DNA of 51,897 nt from a virus (lineage: Duplodnaviria; Caudoviricetes). The stretch spans positions 1 through 51,897 of IMG/VR virus record IMGVR_UViG_3300032893_000068; one strand, given 5' to 3'. The notes below the pieces were generated by a model. It was not told where the DNA came from. It did not search any database and worked only from the letters and a program-made list of their open reading frames with translations. A program made the translations under genes and the position numbers. This document shows, piece after piece, positions 36,136 through 44,478 of this stretch; positions within the stretch are counted from its first letter, which is position 1, and the number at the start of each line of letters is the position of its first letter.

Positions 36136-36631
36136 ATGTGAAATGACGAAACATGGAAAGCGATGCAGTGCGCCCGTCTATTGTTTGTTCCGTAAAGAAG
36201 TTTTTGAAAAGGGAAGCATTGTCCATAAACATTTGTACGTGTGTGAGCAGCATGCTTCGAATCGAGACAGAAGCCACGACACTTACATCAAGACAGTGGA
36301 AAAGGACTATTCCGGCGAATCAAGTCCGTATTGGGAAGCGCAAGAGTTTTTCCAATTTGCCGATGGTGAGATGTTGGAAGATCCACAAGCCAATCCTGAT
36401 ATGCTTTCCGATGAGAGCGCGGGACGCTTATCGGAGTGTGATGAGGAAAAGCTAGAGAGGATTAAAGAAGGCTACAAGCTTCTGTCATTTCGTGAGGGAC
36501 AAATACTAAATTTATTGTATTACAAACAAATGACACAGCAACAAATAGCTGAATTTCTCAATATAAAACAACAGTCGGTGCAATTGTACATAAAACGCAT
36601 CAAGAATAAGCTACAAAAATTTTGTCTGTAA
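36119..36631 (+). CDS. Sigma-70 region-4-like HTH transcription factor with N-terminal Cys/His cluster
   Basis: LSFREGQILNLLYYKQMTQQQIAEFLNIKQQSVQLYIKRIKNKL; AAGGGAG RBS before the ATG at 36119. Confidence 0.8.
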   Translation: MMEANRCEMTKHGKRCSAPVYCLFRKEVFEKGSIVHKHLYVCEQHASNRDRSHDTYIKTVEKDYSGESSPYWEAQEFFQFADGEMLEDPQANPDMLSDESAGRLSECDEEKLERIKEGYKLLSFREGQILNLLYYKQMTQQQIAEFLNIKQQSVQLYIKRIKNKLQKFCL

Positions 36632-36656
36632 AATCGTAAATTTGCCTACTACTAAT
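36621..36656 (+). promoter_or_regulatory. Phage-specific bipartite promoter-like motif, copy 3
   Basis: TTTGTCTGTAAAATCGTAAATTTGCCTACTACTAAT, overlapping the stop codon of the sigma-like gene. Confidence 0.75.
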
Positions 36657-36678
36657 AGGGAGACTAAGGGAGAACCAA

Positions 36679-36861
36679 ATGTTACCAGAGCCACAATATC
36701 GCATCACAAGAGTAAAGGGCAGTATGGACAGATACAACCTAGATGATGAGTACAGCCAAATCTTAGGCAACACCAGACTCAATGCCATATTTGAATTCAT
36801 ACGGACTAGAGAGGCCGATGAGGGAATGGATGTTCCCGACGTACAAGAGTTGGAGTTTTAA
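36679..36861 (+). CDS. Hypothetical protein
   Basis: AAGGGAG RBS. Confidence 0.65.
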   Translation: MLPEPQYRITRVKGSMDRYNLDDEYSQILGNTRLNAIFEFIRTREADEGMDVPDVQELEF

Positions 36862-36862
36862 G

Positions 36863-37063
36863 ATGGACAAACTTATCTATAAAAATCGCACGGTGGAAGT
36901 AGTGCAATTTGTGAACTTTTACAAAGAGAAAATGTTCTCAATTCGATTTAGAGTAGACTCAGCGAGTGATGACAGCTATCGAGGATTCAAAATCAAAGAT
37001 GCAAAGAAAGTGTCGAAATGGTTGAAAGAAATTAGCGAAGCCATTGAAAGCTTAGAGGATTAA
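36863..37063 (+). CDS. Hypothetical protein
   Basis: GGAG RBS, start MDKLIYK. Confidence 0.65.
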   Translation: MDKLIYKNRTVEVVQFVNFYKEKMFSIRFRVDSASDDSYRGFKIKDAKKVSKWLKEISEAIESLED

Positions 37064-37067
37064 TACA

Positions 37068-37475
37068 ATGCCAATACTTGATATTTTAGGACCGATTGTT
37101 GGAAAAGTGCTAGATTTTATTCCAACACCGGAGAAACGCGCCGAAGCACAGCTTGCTTTACAACGTGAACTTGACGCCAATCAGCAAGCCTTGATCGCCG
37201 CTGTATCAGCGTTGAACAAAGGACAAACAGATATTGACGTAGAGGAAGCTAAAAGTGGAAGCTTGTTTGACAAATGGCGAGACTTTATTGGCTGGGTTTG
37301 TGGCGCTGCCTTCGCTTGGCAATATGTAGTTGAACCCATTTTAACATTTGTGTTGACAGCCGTTGGGCATCCGGTTACATTACCAGCACTAGACTTTAGT
37401 GCTATGTCTCCGATTCTTACAGGCATGTTGGGCTTAGCTGGGATGCACCTATATCAGAACGTAAAAGCAAATTAA
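37068..37475 (+). CDS. Holin of 3TM (GTA-type) family
   Basis: GKVLDFIPTPEKRAEAQL...EAKSGSLF..WRDFIGWVCGAAFAW...LTGMLGLAG. Confidence 0.85.
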   Translation: MPILDILGPIVGKVLDFIPTPEKRAEAQLALQRELDANQQALIAAVSALNKGQTDIDVEEAKSGSLFDKWRDFIGWVCGAAFAWQYVVEPILTFVLTAVGHPVTLPALDFSAMSPILTGMLGLAGMHLYQNVKAN

Positions 37476-37559
37476 AATAGATTTGTCGGCCACACTGGAC
37501 ATTCATGGTTAGGGGTTTGCCTAGTGAAAAATGGCCGCAAAATTAAGGGAGAAATTAAA

Positions 37560-38078
37560 ATGACGAGTACAGAGATTCTTGGTGTAGCATCATTAACGCA
37601 ATATGGCTTCAGGGGAGTGGATGGAAAAAATTATAGCTCTGGTAAGTTTCTAAAAAACCAGAACTATCCGATTGGCCGGAACATTAAGGCCGAAGTTTAT
37701 ACGGGGCCGAAAGGAGGCAAGAGCATCAACAGTTGGCTATTGTATGAAGAACCTGTGTTGACAACGCCAGCGGCCACGCTTCCCCCAGTTCCCTCGGTGC
37801 CGTCGTTGCCAGCAACCTCAGTAGCTCCGAAGCCGAATCCAAGTGGTGTTAGTCCAGTTGCCCCAGTGCGAGCCGATGGCAATGCAATGACGAAACAAGA
37901 CTGGAACAATCGTCAGGATGGAATCTCAATTGATGCAATTCATAAGAGTGTGTTAGAGAGTCCGGCAGTTGCCAATTTGGTGATTGGGAAAAGTCAATCG
38001 GAAGTATATGATACGGTGCGAGACTTCTTTAAGTTCAACTTGGAACTTAATCGAGCAGCGAAACGCGGAGAACTCTAA
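37560..38078 (+). CDS. Putative ssDNA-binding / annealing protein
   Basis: Beta-rich N-terminal domain, Pro linker and helical C-terminal domain, directly before the exonuclease and primase. Inferred from context. Confidence 0.45.
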   Translation: MTSTEILGVASLTQYGFRGVDGKNYSSGKFLKNQNYPIGRNIKAEVYTGPKGGKSINSWLLYEEPVLTTPAATLPPVPSVPSLPATSVAPKPNPSGVSPVAPVRADGNAMTKQDWNNRQDGISIDAIHKSVLESPAVANLVIGKSQSEVYDTVRDFFKFNLELNRAAKRGEL

Positions 38079-38726
38079 GTGGGAAGAAAAGCTAGTCCAT
38101 TCACTCGTGTAACAACCGTCCTTGGTTGGATTGATTCAGCGTGGTATGAGTATTGGCTTAAGGGATTGGCGAAGGTAACGAACAATCCAGTTGCAGAGGC
38201 GGGGCGCATATCCACCGAGTCGGCGGAGTTTGGTACGGGAGTGCATAAGCTTGTAGAGGCATATTTGCGGAAAGAAATGCCCAAAGAAATCTTTATGCCA
38301 CGTCAAATTGAATGTGCTGGTCACATCATCCAATGGCTTAAAGAAGTGAACGCAGAACCGTTGATGATACAAGGCAAGCCAGCAATCGAGTTTGAAGTGA
38401 AAAGCTTAGGACTTGGATTGATTGGACACTTCGATGCCGTAGTGCAAGTCAATGGAGTGCCTTGGATAGTGGATTGGAAAACATCAAGTAAGATGCGCCG
38501 TAGTTTTCCACTACAGAAGTCGGCTTACGCCATGATGTTAGAAGAAGAATATGGAATACACGTTGATGATGGAGCTACCATCCGGGTTGACCGTGACCCC
38601 GCAGCCGAATCTCAGTTCGAGGTGAAGGAGTATCATAATCTTCACAGCAAATACTGGCCTGTGTTTCAAGAAGCATTGAATGTCTACAATTTCTTTAACA
38701 AAAAGGGAAAATGGAAGGAGAGTTAA
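38079..38726 (+). CDS. PD-(D/E)xK (Cas4/RecB-like) exonuclease
   Basis: RVTTVLG, GTGVHKLVE, GHFDAV, IVDWKTS and LQKSAY motifs. Confidence 0.9.
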   Translation: MGRKASPFTRVTTVLGWIDSAWYEYWLKGLAKVTNNPVAEAGRISTESAEFGTGVHKLVEAYLRKEMPKEIFMPRQIECAGHIIQWLKEVNAEPLMIQGKPAIEFEVKSLGLGLIGHFDAVVQVNGVPWIVDWKTSSKMRRSFPLQKSAYAMMLEEEYGIHVDDGATIRVDRDPAAESQFEVKEYHNLHSKYWPVFQEALNVYNFFNKKGKWKES

Positions 38727-38966
38727 ATGAAATTTAAGCTACGAACTTCTGGAAATTTTTATTCCCCAAAGGATATTGAACCTTTAGAAGCTTTAGGCTT
38801 TAAGTTTGAGGATACTTCTTTGGTTGATAAGAAAACCAAATACAAAATAGAAGATGCTGAAGTAGAAATAAATTCTCTTGAACAATTGATGGAATTTGTT
38901 TCAAAATATGGGGAAATAGTTTTGAGTAACGATGCTATTGAAATTTATGACGATTATAGGGAGTGA
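38727..38966 (+). CDS. Hypothetical protein
   Basis: EINSLEQLMEF...IEIYDDYRE motif common in phage small ORFs. Confidence 0.75.
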   Translation: MKFKLRTSGNFYSPKDIEPLEALGFKFEDTSLVDKKTKYKIEDAEVEINSLEQLMEFVSKYGEIVLSNDAIEIYDDYRE

Positions 38967-38968
38967 AT

Positions 38969-40480
38969 ATGAGCGCAATGCTCGATTGGGCGTTGCATTA
39001 TGCAACGCAAGGATTAAGCATCATCCCAGTAAAAGGAAAGACGCCATTAGTACAATGGAAACAATTTCAAGAAAGGAGAGCAAATGAGCAAGAACTTAGA
39101 GCATGGTGGAACCAGTGGCCGGACGCCGATATTGGAATGGTCACTGGTAGAATCTCCAACCGCTTTGTTATTGATTTTGACGGAGAGGAAGCACACAAAG
39201 CTTTTATCGAAGCTGTGTTCCCGATTACTTATGAAGTCAGAACGAAGCGAGGAAAGCAGTTACATTTCCTTTTTCCTAAAGACTTTACAGGAAAAACAAC
39301 TCTTGCGGGAATCGCTCCTCTTGTGGATACCAGGGGTGAAGGAGGATACGTTAAACTCCCACCGAGCGCGTATTCCGACGGTTCAGGGCGTTACACAGCC
39401 ACCACAACACCTGATAGAATCGCAGAACTCCCTGACTGGTTTTTCAGAATTCTAAAGGAAGAAAATGCGCCAAGAGAACCATTATCAACCGGCGATAGCT
39501 GGCTAGAGGAGAAATTAAATGGACTCAAAGACGGAAATCGTAATGATACTTTCACTAGCATTGCTGGTAGCTTACGCAGTAGGGGATACACTGATAAAGA
39601 TATTTTCATATTTCTTGAACCTCACGCTCGTACAATAGACTTTCCTCTTGACGAACTGAGGACAATCAGTGAGAGTGTTGGCAGCTATCCGACGAAAGTC
39701 GTTGATGAGAACGCAGAAAGTTTCAGCAAATTCTTAGAGCATCAAGAAAAGATCGAGTGGCTTCTCCCAGGAATCATAGCACGTAACAGTTTGAATTTTA
39801 CAGCAGGATGGCCGATGACAGCTAAGACGTGGATGCTTATGGACTTGGCGATTGAGGCAGCTAAAGGTGGTGGATGGTGGCTAGGAAAGTTCCCAACAAA
39901 AAAAGCAAAAGTGTTGTTCATAGATCAAGAAAGGTTTCGCGGAGAAACACAAAGAAGGTTCAAGGCATTACTTGCTGCCAAGAATCTTGCAGCAGCTTCT
40001 CTGAAAGATAATATTAGGGTGAAATGTGGATCAACCATTAGACTTAACTTGCAGCAAAGCTTCGATGCTTTCCGTAGAGAGCTTGCAGAGTATCGACCAG
40101 ACCTTGTTATTGTGGATAGTTTCGCCACATTCCATACAGCAGCAGAGAATGACCGTATGGAAATTCAGAAAGTACTTGAATTGGTCAAACAACTTAGGAC
40201 AGAATTCGGATGCGCTTTCATCTTTATCAATCACGAGAACAAAGGAATAATGAACAAGGCAGATGGAGAGGAACACCGGATGCCAAGCATGACAGACATG
40301 GCAGGAAGCATCGGAATACCAGCAGCAGCGGAAGCAATGCTGACAGTGAGACGGAAGGATTCAAACACATGCGTGGTGTATATGACAAAGAACAACTTAG
40401 CACCAGTGATTGACCCGTTTGAAGTCGTGGTAGAAGATTTAGATGTGGAGAAAACTAAAATCAGGGTAAGGGCTTTCTAG
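38969..40480 (+). CDS. Bifunctional primase-polymerase / PriCT / RecA-type (AAA_25, RepA-like) helicase
   Basis: IIPVKGKTP, DIGMVTG, VIDFD, GKQLHF, DTRGEGGYVKLPPS; GNRND; Walker A GWPMTAKT, Walker B LVIVDSF, INHENK. Confidence 0.92.
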   Translation: MSAMLDWALHYATQGLSIIPVKGKTPLVQWKQFQERRANEQELRAWWNQWPDADIGMVTGRISNRFVIDFDGEEAHKAFIEAVFPITYEVRTKRGKQLHFLFPKDFTGKTTLAGIAPLVDTRGEGGYVKLPPSAYSDGSGRYTATTTPDRIAELPDWFFRILKEENAPREPLSTGDSWLEEKLNGLKDGNRNDTFTSIAGSLRSRGYTDKDIFIFLEPHARTIDFPLDELRTISESVGSYPTKVVDENAESFSKFLEHQEKIEWLLPGIIARNSLNFTAGWPMTAKTWMLMDLAIEAAKGGGWWLGKFPTKKAKVLFIDQERFRGETQRRFKALLAAKNLAAASLKDNIRVKCGSTIRLNLQQSFDAFRRELAEYRPDLVIVDSFATFHTAAENDRMEIQKVLELVKQLRTEFGCAFIFINHENKGIMNKADGEEHRMPSMTDMAGSIGIPAAAEAMLTVRRKDSNTCVVYMTKNNLAPVIDPFEVVVEDLDVEKTKIRVRAF

Positions 40481-40485
40481 GAGAA

Positions 40486-42330
40486 ATGATGGACTTGTGG
40501 ACGCCAGAAAATGTTCCAATTCTAATAGACAACTATAGTGATTTCCCCAAAGCCCCTATTGTGTCCTTAGATATTGAAACCAATGGGAGGGAGATTGACG
40601 ATGTGGACTTTCGTTTTGTGTGTATCGGCTTTTGTGACGGGATTCGCTGCTGGTGTTATTTTGATATTAGTGACAAGTTAATTGATTATCTCCACAAGTC
40701 GCGTTGGATTGTTCAAGATGGAATTCATGCTGAGCTTCCGTGGCTCAATAAGCTCTATGGTGGATTCACACCAGAACACATCTATGCAGACACTAAAATT
40801 GGGAGCTACGTTCATGACTCAACTCGAAAAAATTACAGCCTTAAGCCTACAGTTAAAGAATATCTTGGCGTTGAATACCCAACTTATACAGACATCACTC
40901 ATAATGCAAGCTATATCGCAGCGGCTTGTCAGAGAAATCCGAATCTACGAGTCCGAACGAAGAAAGAAACGAAAGACCCCAAGAATCTTACTCTCGACCA
41001 ATTAGAGAGAGGGATTGTAGCGAACTACAATGCAGCCGATACTTATTACACATGGAAACTGCATGAATTCTTGGTAAAAAGTCAGACAACCATGGAGCGT
41101 CAGTTCCTTACCAACATTGAAATGCCGATGAATCGGCTCATCTACCGAATGGAGACACGAGGAATCAAGATTGATACATCGGAGATACGGAGAATTCACA
41201 ATGCGACAAGCAAAGAACGCCGCAAGATCAAAAAAGAATTGTTATCCCTCGCGGGAGCGCCGTTCAATCCCAACAGCCCAAAGCAAGTCTTGGAACTGCT
41301 CAAAATGCACGGCATTAATTCCAAGTCAAGCGGGGTTGACGATCTTGCGCGTTACAGAGAATCTTCAGCCTTTGTGCGACAATTGCTGGAATATAGAGGA
41401 CTCCAAAAAATTTGCAGTACTTACACCATTCCTCTTTATTTTAACGCTGTACGTGAAAAAAGCAATCGCATTCATGCTAAATTTGGTCAGAACACTATTA
41501 CAGGGAGGCTTAGCAGCAGTGACCCAGTTAATCTCCAAAATCAACCTCCCATTGTACGAAGTGCCTTCATTGCAGACAGTGGCAATTCATTCGTCGATGC
41601 TGACTGGTCAAACATCGAAATTTACATCCCAGCCCATCTCAGCGGGGAGCCACGATGGATTGACGTACTTCGTCGGCCCGACGGGGACTTACACATGGCA
41701 ACCGCAGCAAGACTATTCGGAGAGTCGGTGTACTCTCTCCCCGAAGCTGAGAGGAAAGCGAAGCGGAAGATTGCTAAAGAAACTCTCCTTACTATCACAA
41801 ACAGCGGCACCTACCGATCTCTCGCTCGAACTTTGGAATGCGATGAATCAACCGCGCAAGAGTTCGAGAGAGCTACTAAAGACCTATACCCAACTTTTGT
41901 CCACTGGCTCACGACGACGAAAAGGAAAGCGAGGGAACAAAAAGGGATAAGTTCATACTTTGGACGTTGGGTGAGTTTTCCACAGCTAACCCTTTGGTGT
42001 GGACGGCCAAATTGTGATGAGATTTGTGCGAAGAATCGAGAATTCTGTAAGCCATGTTTCATGCGCCAAGAGACAGAAAAGCAAGCTATCAGTGTCAAAG
42101 TGCAGGGAACGGCGAGTGACTTGTGTAAGATGGCAGCATTACGATTGTATCGAGAGTATGGCTATGTCCCGAATGCCTTAGTACATGATGAGATTCTGTT
42201 AGAGACGCCCGACAACAAAATTGAGGAAACACAGCAGCGAGTGAAATATGTGATGGAACATTTATATGACTTCGTTGTTCCATTGAAAGCAGAAATTAAG
42301 ATTGCTAAAAACTGGTTGGAGGCTCACTAA
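40486..42330 (+). CDS. polA: DNA polymerase family A with 3'-5' exonuclease (atypical motif B)
   Basis: LDIET, YNAAD, FNPNSPKQV, TGRLSSSDP.NLQN, DADWSNIE, DLH, VQGTASD and VHDE motifs. Confidence 0.95.
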   Translation: MMDLWTPENVPILIDNYSDFPKAPIVSLDIETNGREIDDVDFRFVCIGFCDGIRCWCYFDISDKLIDYLHKSRWIVQDGIHAELPWLNKLYGGFTPEHIYADTKIGSYVHDSTRKNYSLKPTVKEYLGVEYPTYTDITHNASYIAAACQRNPNLRVRTKKETKDPKNLTLDQLERGIVANYNAADTYYTWKLHEFLVKSQTTMERQFLTNIEMPMNRLIYRMETRGIKIDTSEIRRIHNATSKERRKIKKELLSLAGAPFNPNSPKQVLELLKMHGINSKSSGVDDLARYRESSAFVRQLLEYRGLQKICSTYTIPLYFNAVREKSNRIHAKFGQNTITGRLSSSDPVNLQNQPPIVRSAFIADSGNSFVDADWSNIEIYIPAHLSGEPRWIDVLRRPDGDLHMATAARLFGESVYSLPEAERKAKRKIAKETLLTITNSGTYRSLARTLECDESTAQEFERATKDLYPTFVHWLTTTKRKAREQKGISSYFGRWVSFPQLTLWCGRPNCDEICAKNREFCKPCFMRQETEKQAISVKVQGTASDLCKMAALRLYREYGYVPNALVHDEILLETPDNKIEETQQRVKYVMEHLYDFVVPLKAEIKIAKNWLEAH

Positions 42331-42335
42331 GTTTT

Positions 42336-42569
42336 ATGGACTGGATTTATCAACTTATTGAAAAAGAACTCCATAAACAGGATTTGAAATGGGGAAAGAA
42401 TCAAAAACATACAATAGAACAGTGGCATCTCATTCTTTCTGAAGAATTTGGAGAATTAAGTAAAGAATTAAATGAAGTTGTGTTTAGAAATAAAGAAACG
42501 AAAAGTGCAATAAACGAGGCAATTCAAACCATGGCTGTTATTTGCAGATTATTGGAGAATATTAAATGA
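42336..42569 (+). CDS. MazG-like NTP pyrophosphohydrolase
   Basis: QDLKWG...ILSEEFGELSKE...EAIQTMAV (EExGE...E acidic helix motif). Confidence 0.7.
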   Translation: MDWIYQLIEKELHKQDLKWGKNQKHTIEQWHLILSEEFGELSKELNEVVFRNKETKSAINEAIQTMAVICRLLENIK

Positions 42570-42952
42570 AATTATTTTCTTATGCAAAAGATGGTGGCAA
42601 TAATTCTAATGTTGATGGGTTTTGGTTGATTGAGATTAAATCTTTATTTTCTATTGTAATATTGAAATTTAATAGAGGCAGTAGAGAGGCATTTCATTCA
42701 CATGCTTTTAACGCATTAACATGGTGGCTTAAAGGTAGGGTAACGGAGCATCATTTAACTGAGAAGAGTAAAGAATGGCACCCGTCATTTTTGCCTAAAT
42801 TTACGCCAAGGAATTGTTTTCATAAAGTATTCGCTAATGAAGATACGTATGCCATTTCATTTCGTGGCCCGTGGCAAGATAAATGGCAAGAATACCACCC
42901 GAAAGAAAAGAAATTTATTACACTTACACATGGGCGAAAGGTGGTTAATTAA
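42566..42952 (+). CDS. Cupin-like (double-stranded beta-helix) protein
   Basis: FHSHAF...GRVTE...FHKV...FRGP metal-binding His pattern. Confidence 0.6.
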   Translation: MKLFSYAKDGGNNSNVDGFWLIEIKSLFSIVILKFNRGSREAFHSHAFNALTWWLKGRVTEHHLTEKSKEWHPSFLPKFTPRNCFHKVFANEDTYAISFRGPWQDKWQEYHPKEKKFITLTHGRKVVN

Positions 42953-43464
42953 TGAAAGTTTACTTAGCAAGAGGAATGTCAGGACGTGTAAAATCGGAAG
43001 TGGTGAAAGAGGCACGTCAAGATCGCCGCAAGCTTGACAAATTGGGCATAACTCCATTATGCCCAGTGCTGTCAGAGAATGTTCGAGCAGGAAAATCAGC
43101 CATTGCTTCTACAGTTGAACAGATGAACAATTACTGGTTTCGTGATAAACAGATGATTCGTGAAGCCAATGTAGTGTTCGACATGACGCCCGAATTAAAG
43201 AGCGAGGGAGTGGCGCATGAGATTGGATATGCACGATATTTCCTTTACAAGCCAGTTGTTCGAGTGTACAAGAACGGACAGCTACCACCGACAAGTTCAG
43301 TTGCATTCTATGAGGATGACCTGATTGTATCAAGTGTTGAAGAAGGTGCAGTGGAGGCACTTCGGCGGTGGGGAACTTGGTATCGTCGAATATTGTGGCG
43401 GTTTAGCTTGTACAAACGATGCTTACCAGGAATGATTAAAGCTTGGCTGGGAGGATGGAAATAA
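42952..43464 (+). CDS. Nucleoside 2-deoxyribosyltransferase / nucleotide N-glycosidase family protein
   Basis: KVYLA.GMSG, DKQMIREANVV and SEGVAHEIGYA...KPVV motifs. Confidence 0.75.
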   Translation: MKVYLARGMSGRVKSEVVKEARQDRRKLDKLGITPLCPVLSENVRAGKSAIASTVEQMNNYWFRDKQMIREANVVFDMTPELKSEGVAHEIGYARYFLYKPVVRVYKNGQLPPTSSVAFYEDDLIVSSVEEGAVEALRRWGTWYRRILWRFSLYKRCLPGMIKAWLGGWK

Positions 43465-43673
43465 TGTTATTCAGTAAGAAAACCTATGGAATCTTTGCGT
43501 TGTTTGGATTCGCTCTTAATTTCAATGCAGCCGTGCTATTTGTTCTCTTGCATAGCTATCTGTCATTGCTCTACATAACCCTTTCTTTCTTGTGTTATGA
43601 ATATGTGACCCAAAACTTTATGAATGAAGGAGAACAAGATGCGGACACAGGGCCGGATTCTGAGAGTAAGTAA
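43464..43673 (+). CDS. Small membrane protein
   Basis: Two hydrophobic segments; GGAGG RBS. Confidence 0.55.
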   Translation: MLFSKKTYGIFALFGFALNFNAAVLFVLLHSYLSLLYITLSFLCYEYVTQNFMNEGEQDADTGPDSESK

Positions 43674-43914
43674 GCAACAGATTGAGAAGCGGATAGAGAA
43701 GCTTAAGAAACGCATGAACAAGCTGTATGTTGAAGTGATGGCAGCAGAGAGGGCTTTGCAATTGTTCGCTCCATTGACACAGCAAGAAGTGGATGCAGCC
43801 AAGGACAAAGAAACACAGCTTCGAGAACAGATTGTGGCGGAAGTATCTAAAGTACAGCAAGAGAAACCAGAGCAGCCGACAGGGGAAGTTCCCCCAGTTG
43901 TACAAGGAGAATAA
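43624..43914 (+). CDS. Coiled-coil hypothetical protein
   Basis: AAGGAG before the internal start MRTQ. Confidence 0.65.
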   Translation: MKENKMRTQGRILRVSKQQIEKRIEKLKKRMNKLYVEVMAAERALQLFAPLTQQEVDAAKDKETQLREQIVAEVSKVQQEKPEQPTGEVPPVVQGE

Positions 43915-43915
43915 T

Positions 43916-44041
43916 ATGTTATTATTAATACTTATGGGAATCAGTGTTGTTTTTATTAATTTAGTTATTTGGGGCGGATCAATTTATCTTATTTATTTCT
44001 TAATTAAGAAACTTATTAAATATTATAAAGATAAAAAATAA
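43916..44041 (+). CDS. Small single-TM protein
   Basis: AAGGAG RBS; hydrophobic stretch followed by a basic tail. Confidence 0.55.
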   Translation: MLLLILMGISVVFINLVIWGGSIYLIYFLIKKLIKYYKDKK

Positions 44042-44055
44042 GGGAGGGTATCTAT

Positions 44056-44478
44056 ATTCCGTACATTAAAGAAGGACTCCGTAAGGAGCTTATGACCGAG
44101 CCTCAGCGAGCCAAAGACAATGTAGGTGCGATGAATTTTCTTTATTCAGAGGCTATTCTGAAAGTTTGGAATGCCAATCCGAAATATGAGACGATTCATA
44201 AACTTAGAGATGCTGTTAATTTTCATTCCCATATCCCTCAAATAGCAGAAGTTACTAAAGTTCTTGATAATAGTGGTGTTGACACTGCGGATAGCGCTGT
44301 AGCTTTAGAACTTGCTTTCTTAGAATTTTACCTTCGAGTGGGACAGCATTATGAAAGGGAAAAAAGAGATGAATCAGGTGATCTTCCAGGTTATGAGACA
44401 GCTATCAAGCATCTGAATGACATGGCACAAGCCAATTTCAATCGACGGATTGGCTTCACTCCAAAGGAGGCAAAATAA
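44056..44478 (+). CDS. Conserved phage protein (DUF6899-like), probable ATT start
   Basis: (I)PYIKEGLR...GAMNF...LELAFLEFYLRV..YEREKRDESGDL; GGGAGG precedes ATT at 44056. Confidence 0.7.
   Translation: MPYIKEGLRKELMTEPQRAKDNVGAMNFLYSEAILKVWNANPKYETIHKLRDAVNFHSHIPQIAEVTKVLDNSGVDTADSAVALELAFLEFYLRVGQHYEREKRDESGDLPGYETAIKHLNDMAQANFNRRIGFTPKEAK

Noticed and set aside
36640-36665. T7-like promoter (…CTAATAGGGAGA)
   Set aside because: Only the 3' end resembles it, the other two copies differ there, and no single-subunit RNA polymerase gene is present.
41171-41950. 259-aa alternative-frame ORF inside polA, or a frameshift explaining the odd motif B
   Set aside because: It has no RBS or recognisable motifs. 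The polA frame aligns gap-free through motif B and the alternative frame lacks NFG..YG.
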